A stretch of DNA of 64,000 bases from Leidyana gryllorum EB-2025a (GCA_048772705.1 JBLWGC010000115.1:62001-126000); one strand, 5' to 3'; shown: positions 1 through 15,035, numbered from the stretch's first letter. Translations and numbers: made by a program. The notes: a model not told the origin generated them from the sequence alone.

Positions 1-150
1 CGATAAGACGGGGAATCGGTCCTCGAAGTCACTCTCTAAGAAGGGTGCTTCGAGATGGTCGTGCTGGTGGGGTGATCCCAAGAGCTCATCGACATTGGTT
101 GATCCGAGCACCACCACAGTTGATATAAACAGACATTTTAATTGACGCAT
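1..150 (-). CDS. 5' part of a putative secreted protein that runs off the left edge of the window
   Basis: ATG at 150 on the minus strand opens 50 stop-free codons, MRQLKCLFISTVVVLGSTNVDELLG..., with a signal-peptide-like N-terminus. It starts 51 nt downstream of the midasin stop, with an A5 run at 183-187. Confidence 0.45.
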   Translation of the reverse strand, partial: MRQLKCLFISTVVVLGSTNVDELLGSPHQHDHLEAPFLESDFEDRFPVLS

Positions 151-201
151 CGCGCTACCTATCTAAGTCAGGGGATTTGACCAAAAAGACTGGTGAAAAG
201 A

Positions 202-3200
202 CTACGCGAATCCGGATGCCACCCAGCCTCGAATTATACCAGCCAGAGACGCTGGTAGGTCAGCCATGTCTTTCAGAACGGTATAGTACCGGAAGGGGAA
301 GTCAGTATTGAGGAAACGCCTATTTAAGGTTGTGATGTCCAGTTTCCCATCGCGATAGAGGGGTTCCTTGATATCATACACACTTCTGTTACATTGCGGT
401 TTGTCCAGGATGACCAAAACCGGATCCACTCCGATCGACTGGAGCCGCTGGAGTTTGAGGAGGATACCCTGTTTGCTGAAACGCCCATCAGACAGAATCA
501 GAAGGAGTCGCTTGCCCTGGCCTCCTGAGGCTTGTTCCTCGAACAACTGGAAGGCTCCATCGAAGAGGGTCAGGAGAGCCGAGTTGAAACCGCCCGCGCT
601 ACTCTCATCGAAAGTGAGCTTATTGATCAAAGCTCTCCCACTGCTTTCGTCCAACGCTTGTCCAAAGTCCAACAGTCTGGAAACCTCCTTCCCGCCGTAA
701 CCCAACACAGCCAAGTCTCCGGCCTCCAGGCGTCTGAGGGCGAGCGCAATTGCGACCATTGTGGGAACTGCAGCTTCATGCAGGCCCAACTCCCCCATAG
801 ACGCACTATTATCGACTGCGATACTTATCTGATACTTTCGCTTCGATAGCCGCGTCCTTCTCAACCAGATGGCATCACGACGGAAGTCAGATGCGATGAA
901 AGCCATCACCTGCTTCATACTCAGCTTTTTACCACTCTTGAAGAACCCTTGATATCGACCCTTGTTGGTGGGCTCCAGCACCATCCGTAACGACTCACAC
1001 AGCTCGGCCGATAGTTGAGACACCTCCTCCTCCAACTCAGACCACGTCCGCCATCTTAGCTCGACTCGAGATCCCGCAGAAACGACCTGATCGTCCGACT
1101 CCTCCTCCTTCTTCGCCACCCCAGCCTTGTTGGCAGTCACACGCGACGAGGGCTTGGCACCAGACTGGTCAGCTGCGTCCTCCGCCTCTTCCATTTCTTC
1201 TTTGACCATTTCTGACTTAACTTCCTCCTCTTCTGGTCCACTGCTGGTGGGAGGCTGCCAGGAGCTGTCGAATTCAGCATTGACGTTCCTTTGCTCTTCT
1301 GTCGTCTCGCTTTGTTGAGGGACGTGATCAGATTGTCTTGCTTGATCTGAACTCCCGTCTACCAACGCTTGACCTATTTGGCCGCTGTTCTCATCTACCA
1401 TCGCTGTGTCTATATCCTGGTCGTTTTGATTGCCGTCTGGGGACGCTCCTGCCTCCTCCATCGCTGCACTGTCAGCTTGGAGCAGCTCGTTGACTTGTCT
1501 TTTGGCTACGTCCGGTGGCTGGTCCAAAGCACCGGGTTGGGCTTTGGTCCGTTGCTGAGCGCCGGACGACCCCTCGCTTGACTGCGAGTGGAGCCCCACT
1601 CGAGCGGACTGTCCACCACCGCTCTGGTCACCACCACCCTCGTTCATCTCAGTTCGGTTCCCGTCTCCGGTCATGGACTGACTCGATGGAGGTGGCAACC
1701 CATCATCTGCGCCTTCTTCAAGACCAGCGTCTGCTCTTCCGTCGGCTCGCTCGTCTTCATTTGTTTGCCCATTCTGGTTCTCTTCACCTTGCAGTGGCTC
1801 GTCTCCCTCCATTGCCTCCTCCTTATGGCCCTCTTCCGTTTCGGTCGGCTCGTTGGGGTTTTGGCCCTCGCCTTCTGGCTCGTCGCCATCCACAGCGTTG
1901 TCCTTTTCATCCATATTGTTGTCGTCGCTGTCGTCAACATCGTCTCCCATAGTATCGGGAATGGCATCATCTTCCATATCGGATTCAGCAGCAATCTCGT
2001 CGTTTTCATTTTCACCCTCCTCATCTCCACTGTTTTTCTGGTCGTCCTCGGCCGCGGGGTCAGCAGCTCTTCCCTCTTTAGCGGCGGCCTCGCCGACCAT
2101 CTCATTCTCTGCTTCCCCCTCGAGATCTCCCTGCAGACCTTCGTCGGCCTCAGTCTTCCGAGGATCGTCAGTGGCATCATCGCCCATATCGGACATTTCG
2201 TCGTCGAGCGCTTTCTGCTTCCCAGCCTCTTCATCGTCCACTTCCCCAAAGTTCTCTTCCATCCCATCGTCGCCTTCTTCGGCCTCGGCCTCTTCCTTTT
2301 CCTTAGTGTCCACTTTATCTTCCGTTTCACCCTCGAAGTCCATTTGAGTATCGTGCTCTTCTGTTTCACCCTCATGTTTCTCCTGATCCATTTCTGGGGT
2401 CTGCTTGGGTTGGTCGGCCAAGTTGTCCAGCTCGTGGTCATTTTCAATCTTCTCCTGAGCATCCGTCAGACCGCTGCCGTCGGCTAAGCCAGAACCGGCC
2501 ACCCAATCATCACGGAACCGGTCGGGCTGCTGGTTGTCCTCCTCATTGTCTTGCTCGTCCATACGCAACCCATTCTGAGCCAAATCAGCCACCACACGGG
2601 CAGTCACTGCCACTAAAGTAGTGAAGGCATCTTGATTCCGACTGACGATCGCTGCAACTCGGGCACACTGTGCGCGACAGACTTCCACATGGGCTTCGCC
2701 CATTCCTTCCAGGCAAAGCTCCACTCCACTGCATTCTTGGGCCCGATGCTTTTTGAGCGCTTCAAAAGTAGCACATTGCCGTTCTTGTATCCGAGCCAAT
2801 ATTGCATCACCGTCGACCACTTCATCGGTCTCCTCGTCGGTCCCATCAACGTTGAGGTGCTGCTCCCATCTCACAATCTCGGCCTCCAACTCGGCAAACT
2901 TGCCGATCGTCTGGTCATCGATCGCTTTCACACTTCTGAGCGGAGCACCCAGAGTACTGTCGGGAATCGTTCCGGTCTCTATGATCTGTTTCAGATGAGT
3001 CCACAGAAAGGCGGAGCTCTCAGGTCTCGTTTTGGATACCAACTCTCTTGCTGACGACTCTTCAATTTCGTTGTGGAGAAGAACCCTCAATTCACCCAGC
3101 CTCTCTGTATATGGTGCCAGAGGAACACGTACAACAGTTGGCTCTTCTCCCAATCCTGAAGAAGAGGGGAGTGCGCTGTTCAACAAGTTCCTGAGTCCCT

Positions 3201-6200
3201 GTAGAGAGCTGCGAATCATCTGGTAAACTCCCAGTTCGGCAGCGGGGTCTCGAACGGCTCGGCATAAGATTGTGTCCGAGCTGTGAGGCACAGTTGCTTC
3301 CACAACTGTGAGTGTCAGTAGCGCTTCATCTATAAGTCTCATCATCTCTTGGCTGCGAGCGACGGTGAGTCTGACGCCTTGTTTGGCGTCAGTCTCTCCG
3401 ATAAAACGTTCAAACAGCTGGCAGAGTCGAAGAGTATCTCCACAGACTCTGGTGCGTTTGATGGATTCTCGCCCCAACCCGGCCAGGAGTTCTTGCCAGT
3501 CTCTGGCAGACTTGATGAAGGAAGCGTCCATATCGCTTTCATTGATGGCCAAGAAATCTCCGACTGCCATCAACGCCCTGGCCAGCTTTTCATCAACTGG
3601 CAACGAGAGATAGGTAGACGTTAACTCCTTCACTTGATCTGCTTTCGAGGTATGCAGCACAGCAGCAGCAGGAATGACGGACCGGAGAGTCTTTCTCACT
3701 TCAGTAAACTCTCTCAGAGCAGTCTCGCGAGGCTTTCGGACAAGCAGACCGGTCATGTTCTCAACATGGGCACTAAACACGTTATCTTCGTCGTGAGACT
3801 CCAATAGTTTCTTGACCCACTCGTCTCCAGACTGTGCCCGCTGCGTCCTCTTCAAGACGTCTGCGATCCGTTCACGGCAGCACCGGTCATACGCCTCGAC
3901 CAAACGCGCGATTTGCAGTCGCTTTGTCTGGATGTTACGTCGATCTCTGTCCACTGTGGCGGACTCGAACTTGGTCAGCTGCTGAATTTTCTTGATTTGG
4001 TTCTCCAAGTGCCCCAGAATCGGCCCCGCACTGGCGCGGACGTACTTCTCATACTCCGCCGACCACGCAAGGAACCCTTGGAGGACTTGGATCTTCGTAC
4101 TTTGCACACTTCCTGATGTCCCAAAGTTGAGAACTTCGATGAGTTGACGGACAAAATGTCGCAGCAACGGAAGTTCAGCGATAGGACGCGATCGAATGGG
4201 GTGGACACAGAAGGTATCCAAATCCTTGAAGAGCTTCAAGTCATTCTCGGGCGTCGATGGTTCGCAGAAGACCGCATGGAGAATCACCATGGCAACTCGA
4301 TTCCAGAAATCGCCAGCTTCTTGCCAATGCCGCTGTCGCCTCTCTCCAATGTTGAGCCAATCTCTGACCTCCTGAATCCGCAGGTCAGCCAAAACCTCTC
4401 GGACTCGTTGGCAGCTGCCATTACTGACATCTTCTCTTCGGGCATATCGTGATTCCCACACTCGTAAATGGTCATAAAGATCCTCCACAGCGTGAGCCAA
4501 CACGTTCGGGGTCGTGCGGTAAAGAGGCAAACTGGACACAGTTTTGATTGCGTCGCGTATTCTTGCCATATGTGGCACGTGATCCTCCCCATTCTCCTCG
4601 ATTTGCATCTCAGCCAATCTCAATATGTGGCTGAGAGGTTCCACCAACTTGAGCATTGCATCTTTCGAGTTGCCCGTGTAGAAAGGGGGATACTGTGTCT
4701 CGGAAGACACATCAGATCCACTCTTATCGTTGAGCAGCACGTTGCGATCGCAAGTGCATTTGACTGACAACTTTGCGGATCCATCCAACTCCACGGCATC
4801 TTGGAGAACGCACGACCGTAAGTTGTCGAGGATCTCTCCCGATAGTGTCCCGTTCAACGAGGCTTCCTGTGCCATTCTGCGGAAAGTTTGGACAGCCGTC
4901 TTTCTGGTGCGATCGATGCACGAGTGGCCTCCGAATATCAACCGAACAACAGCTCCCAAATCGTGCATGATACCTGTGGCATCTGCCTCTGGACCATCCA
5001 TTTCTTGACTTTCAATCGGGTTAATGAGCGACTTGAGGGTCTCGGTTGCATTCGGGAACAATTCGTTTACGAGAGGCTGGAGCCTTTGCTCTTCACTTTC
5101 TGTCATCACGGTTCCCCAGTCTTCCACCTCCGGCATATCCAGAATCAAATTGGCGGTTTCGGTTTCGTCTTCGTCAACTTCTATGGCGTCGGATTGTTGC
5201 GCCGGATCACCACTCACGACCTCCAAAGCGTGCTGCAAACACTTGAACCACCCGTCCCCCCCCTCCAAGAGAAGGTTATGCAACTTGGATATACTGGAGT
5301 CAGGGCCAGGTCTGGACAGAGCGAGCCAGCTGGAAGTCCGAGACAATATCTCGGCACGACTGCCATTCCTCAACTTGCCCGGGACGGCGTTCGTCGTGAG
5401 CAACAAATCTGTCATCTTCACAACGTTGGATGTGCGAGACGCGTCGAAGTCTGCTTCTGCTTGCTGCATAGCGCGGCACGCGGATGCAGCGTTGCCAATA
5501 GCGAAGACGATAGCTAAATGTGGACAACGATCTCCACCGAATCTTAGGAAAGCTTTCAGCATATTAGGGTCTGCGAGTCCGAGTATCCACGTGGTCCCGC
5601 CGGATTCGATGGCCGATTGTGTGTGTTGGATGGCCATGGATTGGAGATTGTCGACGAACGTATTGATTTCGTGCACCGTATCCGTGACGACTTCGCTTCT
5701 GTCGATGGTCTCCACCTGAGCAGCGCTCATTTTGCTGAGGGCTGTCCAATCAGTCATCGCTGAATGGCATCCCATGGAACCCCACAGCATCATCCAGTAG
5801 CTATTCAGGCTTTGGCGTGTGGTGTGAATATCAGCCACTACACTGTTCATCATAGTCTCCACACTGAAGCGCAGGGTGGAACTGATGGAACAGAGTTGGC
5901 TCCAGAGACATGGAATGCAGAGGAGATGCAGATGATTCACTGCAAAACGCAATGGATCGTCGGTCGTCTCCAAATCATTCCAAGCTGTTCGGAGCATCTC
6001 GTCCACAACGGAGAATGGTGATCGAGTCCCGTCCGGCGTACAATGAGGACCAACCTTCTGCCACAATCCACGGGCCTTTTCCAGACACAACGTCAGCATG
6101 TGAGTGGGATCCTCCCAACTCTTGCGGTCTGCAATGAACGCGTCTCCCTCAATCGTGTGGAAGAGCACTGCCATTGCCCGTACGACCTCCATGATCACTC

Positions 6201-9200
6201 GTCTCCAGGAGGAGGGAGTCAACTTGGCGATTTCGCACTCGGGCAGCCCCAAGGGTAGAGAGCTGTGAATGTTGGCGGTAACAGACGACCGTAACATCCG
6301 GAACTGATGGCTGAGGGCCTGGAGATCGAAGGCGGCATCGCAATAGGGAGAAATCGTCGAGAACGGTAGCCTATGGCTCAAGGAAGCCTGGACGTTGTAC
6401 ATATATTTCTCTACTTGACTGGTGAGAGAAACCGACAATCTGTAAGCCTCGAGGTGTGACAGAGGTACATACTCGTCTCTGGCTCCATTGAGGATCCACA
6501 AGAGACACAGCCCCACAACGAGATCCTTTCCATGAGTGAGACAGCCTCCGCCGAGGGTATCGAGACGCATCATGACGCTGTAATACTCCCGAGCTGTCTC
6601 CCACCAATTGCCGCTGTACGGTTTATGGCCATTCGAGTCCAGCATCTCTTCGCGATATTGCTGCAGACGCGCCATTATGGACTGCAGATTGCGATACTCG
6701 ACCAGCAAAGCTGTCGTACACCATCTCTTTTGACGACGATCCTCGACCTCGTCCGAGCAGTGGCCATTCGATGAGGCACCGTCCACCAACGAGGTGGTCT
6801 CCACCTTCACATTCGCGTCACAGAGCCGGAAGAATAGACGATTCTGAATCTCTGGGCACGGACCAACGGACTTCATTCGCGAGCTTTGCACAACGGCCAA
6901 TTCTTGCAACAGATCGGGAACAGCCGAACATGTAGCGAACTGTTCCACGCTGCCGAGAAGGAGGCGATGGAGACGAAGCCGCAATTCCGAGTCGCCTGGA
7001 CTGCTTGGACCGAACGTGATAGGTTCGGACGCTTGGAAACTTGGAAGTGTTGTGCTTGTCGGATGTAAGGTAAGGGACCACAATAGCAGCTCAATGACCG
7101 CCGATGGTGGAACATGACTCTCCAAAGTTAAGGCCTTGAGATCCGATTGGGCCGGAGAACCTCTGCTCAGAACAGAGAGGAGAGTCGAAGACTCATCGGT
7201 CAACCCGCTCAAAGTTGGATTTGTCGGCCTGAGTCCACTGACCAATTTGCAGTAGCGGAGCAGCCAAGGGAGCAACAGTTGTCGGCAGTCACAAAGCCAA
7301 GAGTTGAAGCGCGATTCCCGCAGGGCCGCTATAGTGGTGCGATCCGAAGGTAGTCGAATGGAGAGTCGAAGGTATGCCAGATCGAGCAACTCGTTCTGCA
7401 GCTCCGCGAGAGCGTCGAGTGTGGGGGAGTCGCACTTGTTGATCACTAATTCCAAATCGTCGTCCATTGTTCTTATCCGTAAGTGTCGGCAGAAAGAGAT
7501 GACCCATTGAGGGGTGCCTTCTGGCCAAATCATCCTTCCATCGAAGATATCGGCGTATTGACCCAAAGAAATTCTGTCTCCGTGCACTTCGAAGCCTTTA
7601 GCGGCGCCACTTATACTGCTGACGAAGCGAGCGGCGTGACATACGCGCCGCTTGAAGGACCCAAGTAGGTGATCGGCAACTTTGTTGGGAGAGGAACGAC
7701 TCTTGTATGCGTGACAGAGCCGAGCCAGTTCCTTCTGCAAGGCCTCAGGAGCCCGCACCAACTTGACAGTGGGGATCAAATGTGCCGATGACAGCACTAT
7801 TTGTTGTTCCAGTGCCTCCAACTCAGTCTGAGCACCCCCCACTGGGATCTCGAGGGCCGTGACGCTCGGAGTCAGAGGGCTGATTTGCATGCCGAGAATC
7901 TTTTGATCAATCATACGAGGCAATTGTCCCTGAGCCTCCAGCTCCATGGTGGTTCGCAACAAGCGCACTATCAACACCGGATTGAGTACGCTTTCAATCT
8001 CCTTGTATCGGTTCAGATAGGCCAGAGAAGCGAGCCAATGTACAGCAGTCTCTTTGGCAGATTCTGTCCCATCGGCTTGATGAGGCAACAAAGAGCACAA
8101 ATATCTGGCGTCCTTGTCCCCATAGAGAGAGAATGGTTGACCGTCGTTCAACCGAGTGAGCTCCAAGCATCGATCTGTGTGAATGACTTCATCAACAGCA
8201 GCGCACTCTTCACTTGTGAGGTACCAGACCCGACTCTCGCACTCCTTGACTCCAATCGAGACAGGCCAGAATTTACTGATCCATTCACTGGGGCAAAGTT
8301 GCGACTCCTCTGTGGGCTCAATGAGGTCTTCGGCTGTTCGGACAGCCCGGAAGACGCCGACAGTTGTGAGGAACATAACGGTATACTTCATAATCAGGTG
8401 GACCAGTGTGAGTCGATCCCATTGATGAGGTGCGGAGCTGGAACCCAAAAGGGATCCTATGGTTCTGGCAGTCTCCAAACATTCGGTGGGATTGATCAGC
8501 ATCCCAATCCGTGCAGCCCACTGTTGACCTTCAAACATGCCGGGCTCGAAGGGGGTTGTATTGCGCAACACGGTGGTAATTGTGTTCACGAGCATCAAGA
8601 TGAACTCTCGATTTGTTTGAGTTCGGAAACTCAACCATAACTTCTCTTCAGCGGTTTGATTGGGCGGTGTGAGCGACCGCGTTGCTGTCACCGCATCTTC
8701 CATTGTCTCATCATCTTTGATGTTGAGAGTCTCATTCGATGCACAACTTTCAGTAGGGATGAGACCGGGCACTTTCCAGTCTCTCACGCCGTCGGGCATA
8801 TACAGTTCCAGGCACCGATTGCGCACAGCTGCCGATATTCCCGGATTCGGTGTACAGTCCGACAGGAAAATGATTCGGAAATCGGGATGAGGTTTGACTA
8901 TTTGGAACGGTCCAGCCTCCGATATGGTCAGCACTCCGTTGCGCTCTGTAAGACCGTTCAATCGGTCTAAAACACCCGCTTGGGCCACTGATGTGTCATG
9001 AACGACCACCCAGTGTCCTTCGCGGATGGCTTTGACCAATGGGCTATCGACCCAGGTGAAATGGGCTCCGGAACCTGTAGAAGTCTCAGCCTCCGCTTCC
9101 TCCTCCTTGACTCTGACGCTCTCTTCGATTTTGGCCTCTGACTTGATGGCAGTTGACGGGTCGACGCGTGCGAAACCACCCAACAGAGTCGTCCCATCAG

Positions 9201-12200
9201 TGGACGGAGCCATATGGAAATCGATGACTTTGACTCCCCTTTTCGAGAAAGCTTCGGGCTCAGCCAACAAATGAATGACTTCTGTGGCTGCCTTCAAGTC
9301 TGCTGTTGTCAAGAGAATGGGGAGTCGGGCGCTGAGTCCCAGTTTTAGTTTCGCCGCCAGACTGAGATGCCAATATGGCAGGCAATTGACAGCAGCGAGT
9401 TTGCCGAGCATTTTGACAGCTTTGGTCTGCAGGAATTGGTCTGTGCCGGTATGCGTCGCAGACCACTCGTCATGTTCTCTTTGGTCCAACTTGAGGGTAT
9501 CGGCCACAATATGATGGAACTTCCGAACATCAGATGGGCTTTCCAGTCGCGAGCCAAACACCACTCGGAGCGCTGAAGACAACTTTTCTCGTGTTGTCGG
9601 CTGACGACTGTCGTGACAGAGTATTGCTGCGACCCTCTGGAGGTCTCGGGTGTTCCACTCCCAGTCTTTAGCACTTTTGGTTCTCCATGTCTCTTTTCGG
9701 AGAGCATCGAGAACGTTGATACACAGAGTCGAAACATCAGCGCTGGCGTCATTCTCTGCCATCGAGTCATCTGCTGCTGTTGCCTCTGCGAGTTGTGGCA
9801 CCACGTGGTTGATCACAGCCAGGAGGTCCTCGGTATTCAACGCCAGCACGCGGATCTTATGGAATCTATTTAAGAAAGAGACCGGAAGGCCTTTTCTCCC
9901 ATCTCCTTTGCTCGCCTCATTCTGGGCAGCGAAGAGCCGGAAGCCCGCGGACGGTACGAGAAGTTTGTCAACTTCTGCAACATAGAGCTCATTTCGATGG
10001 TCGAGCAAACTGTTCAATCCTTCAAGAACTGGTTGTGGTGCGAGATTGATCTCATCAAGAAGGATCCAGGCACCCATTTGCAAAGCTTTGGTCAACGGTC
10101 CCGGTTTGAAGGTGAATGAGCCATTGGCACCGGGTACAAAGTTGCCGGTCAGATCGCACATCTCACTCTGTTCGCTGAGGTTCACCCGAAGCAGCTCGAC
10201 ACCGAGGAGACCAGCAACACTTTGCACGAGTGCCGTCTTTCCAGCTCCAGGAGGACCTTCCAACAATATTGACGTTTTGGACGACATGGCTCGGATCAAT
10301 CTGGCGAGATTTTGCCGAGTTCCTGGGGCCTCGAACCGGACGCTGGATGCGGTCATCGCCTCCTCATCCCAGTCATCGATAAGAGGGAGGGGGAGTTGGG
10401 CAACAGTAGTCGACGAGAAGATCTTTGGGTTCGATGCGACGAAAGGGTGCATCTGAATGAGCCCTTTGCGGATCCGTAGTCGAGTGTCCTTCACCCATCC
10501 AAGACCTCCCGGATAGAAGTCCATGAACAGATCCCCAAACAGCGCGGCATCGATACTGTTGTCCATCGTTGTGGATTTGCAGATGATTTGCAGCACAGCC
10601 ACCAGGAGACTGTCCACATCACTCATAAAGTCGGTGGACTTCGATCCCGTGATTTGCTGAATAACGGGCTGAACCGACTCGTCGAGATCAAAAGTGACTT
10701 TGGATTTGAGTCGATTCCCAATGAAGAATCCATCAATCAGAGTGACATAGAGTGCGTCAATCAATGGTCTCTGCCACTTATCGTCGCGCACAAGACTGCT
10801 GAACACTGTCAGCCAGTTCACGAGCTCTCGCAGGGAGACAGGAACAGTGCTGTGCTCTTCGAACCACATCATAACAGCGCACACAGCGTCCTTTATGTCA
10901 ACGATGGTGGACTGATCTTTCAGTACGCCTTTCAGAGTCAGCGATGCCAAACGATCCATCACCAGCTGAGAACAACTCTCGTCGCCAAAACTGATGGTGG
11001 GAACATAAACTTCTAGTAGACGGTTCCGCATAGCCTTTGATAACTCCTTCTTGCCGTAGTCTCCACCGGGGTTCATTGTGGCAAAAAAGCGGAAATCGTC
11101 TTCGCTCTGTATAACCCCATTCTCGTACTCTCCATTGTCGCATAGCTCGGGAATGAGGAGGAATCTGTTATCCGCCTCCAGAACTGAGTTGAGACGTTCC
11201 AAAATGGCGTCATCGGCCAAGTTCATCTCATCCAGAAGGAAAGCTTCACCCTGTAACATGGCTTGAACCAGAGGTCCATTCTGCCAGGCAAACAAGGCGC
11301 CGGAATCACTTTCAGCAGCTGTCTCCTGGTCAGACATACTCACGCCCTCTGCTTTCGATGGGGTTTCAGCCTGGACTGTTCTCGGCCTCTTGTTGCTGGT
11401 ACTAACGTCAGGGGTTGTGGCCTCCTCTTCGATCTCCTCCTTGTGAGACACCTTAGATCGAGGACGGAAGCCTCCAATGAGATCGCTTATGTCGGTATTC
11501 TGTTGACAGTTGAGACTCAATAGCCGTTTATTGTGCACTTTAGTCGCCAGATACTGTATGGCCGCCGTCTTGCCGGCACCTGTGGCTCCCACAAGCAGGC
11601 ATGGCTCCTTATTGCGCCAAGCCCACTCCAGTATACCCAGGAGGCGACGCATTGGCCGAGTCATTGTGAGATCTTGGGACAAAGAAGTGCTGGCCGGGCC
11701 GAGGAGTTGGGTATAGTAAGCCTCCCCCTCGTTGTCCAGCAATTGACTCTCAATGTTTCTCCGGCGCTCCTCTGCCATCGCGGCTTTACTGGTGATGCAG
11801 ATCCGAGTGAGCAGTTTCACGAACTGTTCCCGGCCTGAGGTGGACCTCAACCGCTCTCCAATGACCTGTACGGCCCCGAAGATCAATTTCTCTTCAGTAT
11901 CTGTACCAGCCCGACCCCAGCGCAACAAATCGCGAATTGTCACCAACACTTCAAAAGTCTGACGATTATCCAAATGGCGCACTCTCAATTCTTCGTACAC
12001 TCGAACCATTGTCTCCGCCGACTTGGGGGAGACATTGGGCGTCCGTTTCATGATGATCAGCATCAACTCGTCGGAAGGCGGCTCAGAGACCAGGAATTCG
12101 ATAAAACGACCTTTCAAAGCCTCTGAGAGCTTTTTACGACCTCCATATGTCACTGGATTCTGAGTAGCGAAGAGGCGGAACTCTGGATGGGCGCGAACTC

Positions 12201-15035
12201 TCTCGCCCGTTTCGGGCACATAGACCTCGCGATTGTCATCCAAGAGACGGTTAAGCCCTTCTGTCACTTCAGTGGGAGCCAAGTTGAACTCGTCAAGAAC
12301 CACCCAATGCCCATTTTTGACAGCGCTCAAGAGTGGTCCCTCCTGGAAACTGATACTGCCCGACTTGTCGGCTACGAAAGATCCCAAGTATTCTGACAAG
12401 GAGATCTGATCGTGATTATTGATGCGAACAAACTTGTGCTCAGTAAGGGTGGAGAGATACTCGACCAAACTGGTCTTTCCAGCTGAAGTGGGCCCCTCCA
12501 AAAGTATAGGTGAGACAGAACCACTCAGGAGACGGACCAATCGATGGATCAATTGTCGAACCGACGGAGTACACAGGAACTTCTCGTTAGCAGCTGTCTC
12601 GGCTGCTGCGAACTTTTGTGGGTTGCCGTCGCCGCCCGACTTGAGGGGATAACCGTCGATGAACACAGCCCCATCCTTTAGCTCACATTTCGGCTGCAGA
12701 TGCTGTTTAGCGTAATTGCGGAACAGCTCGCCAGATTCAGCCTTGAAGGGGGGAGGTTTCGGCGGCAATTGGTTGGGCAGTCTGGTACAGTTGAAGGCTG
12801 TCTTAATCTCAGATTCCAGCTTTTTCAGACTCTCCTCGCTTAAATTGGCGCCAAAGAAGGACATGTAGGCATCCATTAACAGGACTCCGGTGCCCTCGTT
12901 CCCTCGTGCTTTGCGGTTCTCGACATACCGAAGGGCATTGACGAGGGTTCGGAGGTTCACAGAGGCTCCCGCAGCAGCCGTGCCTTCGCCAGCCGCGCTC
13001 AGCTCGAGACGCCCAGTATTCGCCATCTCTTTAATCTTCAGATACAAACCAGCAGCGCTGGCACTGTACATCCTGACGGTGGGGAAAGTGTGGCAGATCA
13101 TTTCCAGATCCTCCTGACGATCTAATTCGTCAACGTACATCTCGAAGAACTTTGATCTCAGGGCATTGGGCAGCTCAGTTTTAGTGGACGCACCTGAGCA
13201 GCTCAAGACTGACCCGGTGGCACTCAACTGAACACTTGGATTCATTGTCGCTAACAATCGGAAGTCCTTATGGACCTCGATGCGTTCCCCGGAGTTCTCA
13301 TATACAACAAACTCTCGATTATTAGAGCGGTTGAGGAGAGGTAAGATACGACTGATGACTTCGGACGGAGCCAAATTGATTTCATCCAGAACCAGCCATT
13401 TTCCCTCCTTTAGACACTTGAGGAGCACTCCTGGTTGGAAATGAGATCGTATTCGGAAACGAAGAGAGGTTTCCAATCGAGCGCACTCCTCACCCTTGGA
13501 TTTCCACCAAAGGGCTTCCTTAACCCACTTCCTCCTCTTGCGGCCGGGGGCCACGTCTTTGAGATGCGCGGTGATTCTGCGCAAGACATCTTCAGACAAA
13601 CTCAAGGCAGCCTTCAACATCTCCTTGGGATCGTTCTTCTTCATAGTTTGAGCATTTCTCTCTTTGCGGCCTTCATCAACAGTGACGAGAGTTCTCCCTT
13701 CCTCAAGTCTGATTCTCATTGCATGGAAGAGCTCTCTGACCAGTTTGCAACTCGAAACCGGTACAAAGTCACCAATCAAATCAGACGCTTCAGTTTGCTC
13801 ATGAAGATTGAAGACTTCGATCCGATCACCGCACTGCTCCATTTCCGCGAGAGCTTTGCAGAGATGTGTCTTGCCAGTCCCCGTTGGGCCAACCAACAAT
13901 ACATTCTCATCACGTTGCAGTGCTTTGCGCAGTTCAGCGCTTGCAGATCGATGAACGAGCGTCTGGACCATCGGCGTCGGGCCACCAGAATTGTCGACCA
14001 CTGCTGAGTCTATCAGAGGGTAAACAATCTGGTTGCGAGTCTCGGGGGTCTCGTGCAGTTGGAAAGCAGCAATGTAGAACGGAGCAATCCAACGTCTGAT
14101 GCAGACTGGCAGCGGTGCCATCAAGCGAGACGCAACCAGTTGTGCACAGTTCATCCGTTGGCTGTCCGGGACATTCTCCAACGTTTCTTGCCATTGATCC
14201 AACCGCGAGAGGGCTCCTGCGTGGTCACCCACCGATGAGACGATAGCCTCGAGATCTCGCCACCCCGGAAGTCGTCGGACTGCGAGGGCCGGCGGCCCTG
14301 CTGTCTGCTTGGTATAGGGGTCTTTGACTCGTAGCAACTCAGTCCGGAGATTATCGACAAACTTTAGTAACCAGTTCAGAAAGTCCAGGCGTCCAGGTAC
14401 ATATGTGAGGAGGCGGGATTGAGCTTCGTCGAGACTGAGTGGAGGCAGTCGTAAGCGATTCCATCGGCCAAAATACTTGTGGGACTCTAAGCGTCCGAGA
14501 GACGGGGGAACCTTCACGCTGGCCAACAGGAGCTCTTCAATCGACCCTACGAGAGTCTGTTGGGTGAAAGATGGTAAGCTATCTTCGGGTTCATTGTATA
14601 ATGCGATGATCTGAAAATCATCGTGGGCATATGTAGTCCTCTGTCCCTCATGATCAACAAAAGCACGGCAACGCGCCACCTCATTGAGCTTAGCAATAAC
14701 ATCCAAACTTGCGTTTTCGGCTCCCTCAAGAATTATGCACCACCCTTCCTCAACTGCCTTGGGTAAGAGGCCCGGTTGCCATTTGAAGGGTGTGTTTAGA
14801 TCTCCAGATACCCACTGACCTGCAAAGAATGTTCCAATTAAAAGCCCACTACTCTCTGGCTACCTGAAAGGTCCTTAGCGTCAGTTTGGTCATCGCAACT
14901 AAGCCAGACTTGGCGTGCAGTTTTTGGCAAGAGTTCGTTGATACTGACAGCATTCGGTGGAACAGAGATGACCAATGGCCCCCCCAACTTCAAAAGATGC
15001 TCCAGCTTGCACTCTAATCCATATTCGCTCGTCAT
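202..15035 (-). CDS. MDN1: Midasin (MDN1/Rea1), AAA+ ATPase for 60S ribosome maturation; 2 exons
   Basis: Walker A motifs GPTGTGKT, GPTSAGKT, GATGAGKT and GPPGAGKT with LDEINLA-type Walker B motifs, a long linker, a D/E-rich tail and a C-terminal MIDAS (VDNSAS...ILSDG). The true start is ATG 15035. Exon 1 (14864-15035) joins through a 44-nt GT-AG intron (14820-14863) to give ...DQTDAKDLSG|QWVSGDLNTPFKWQPGLL..., which is in frame with the 4834-aa ORF. Confidence 0.96.

Noticed and set aside
368-14360. Many long plus-strand and alternative-frame ORFs inside midasin and other genes, such as the hydrophobic 1588-2487
   Set aside because: Antisense or frame shadows of biased coding sequence (the D/E-rich tail) with no independent motifs.
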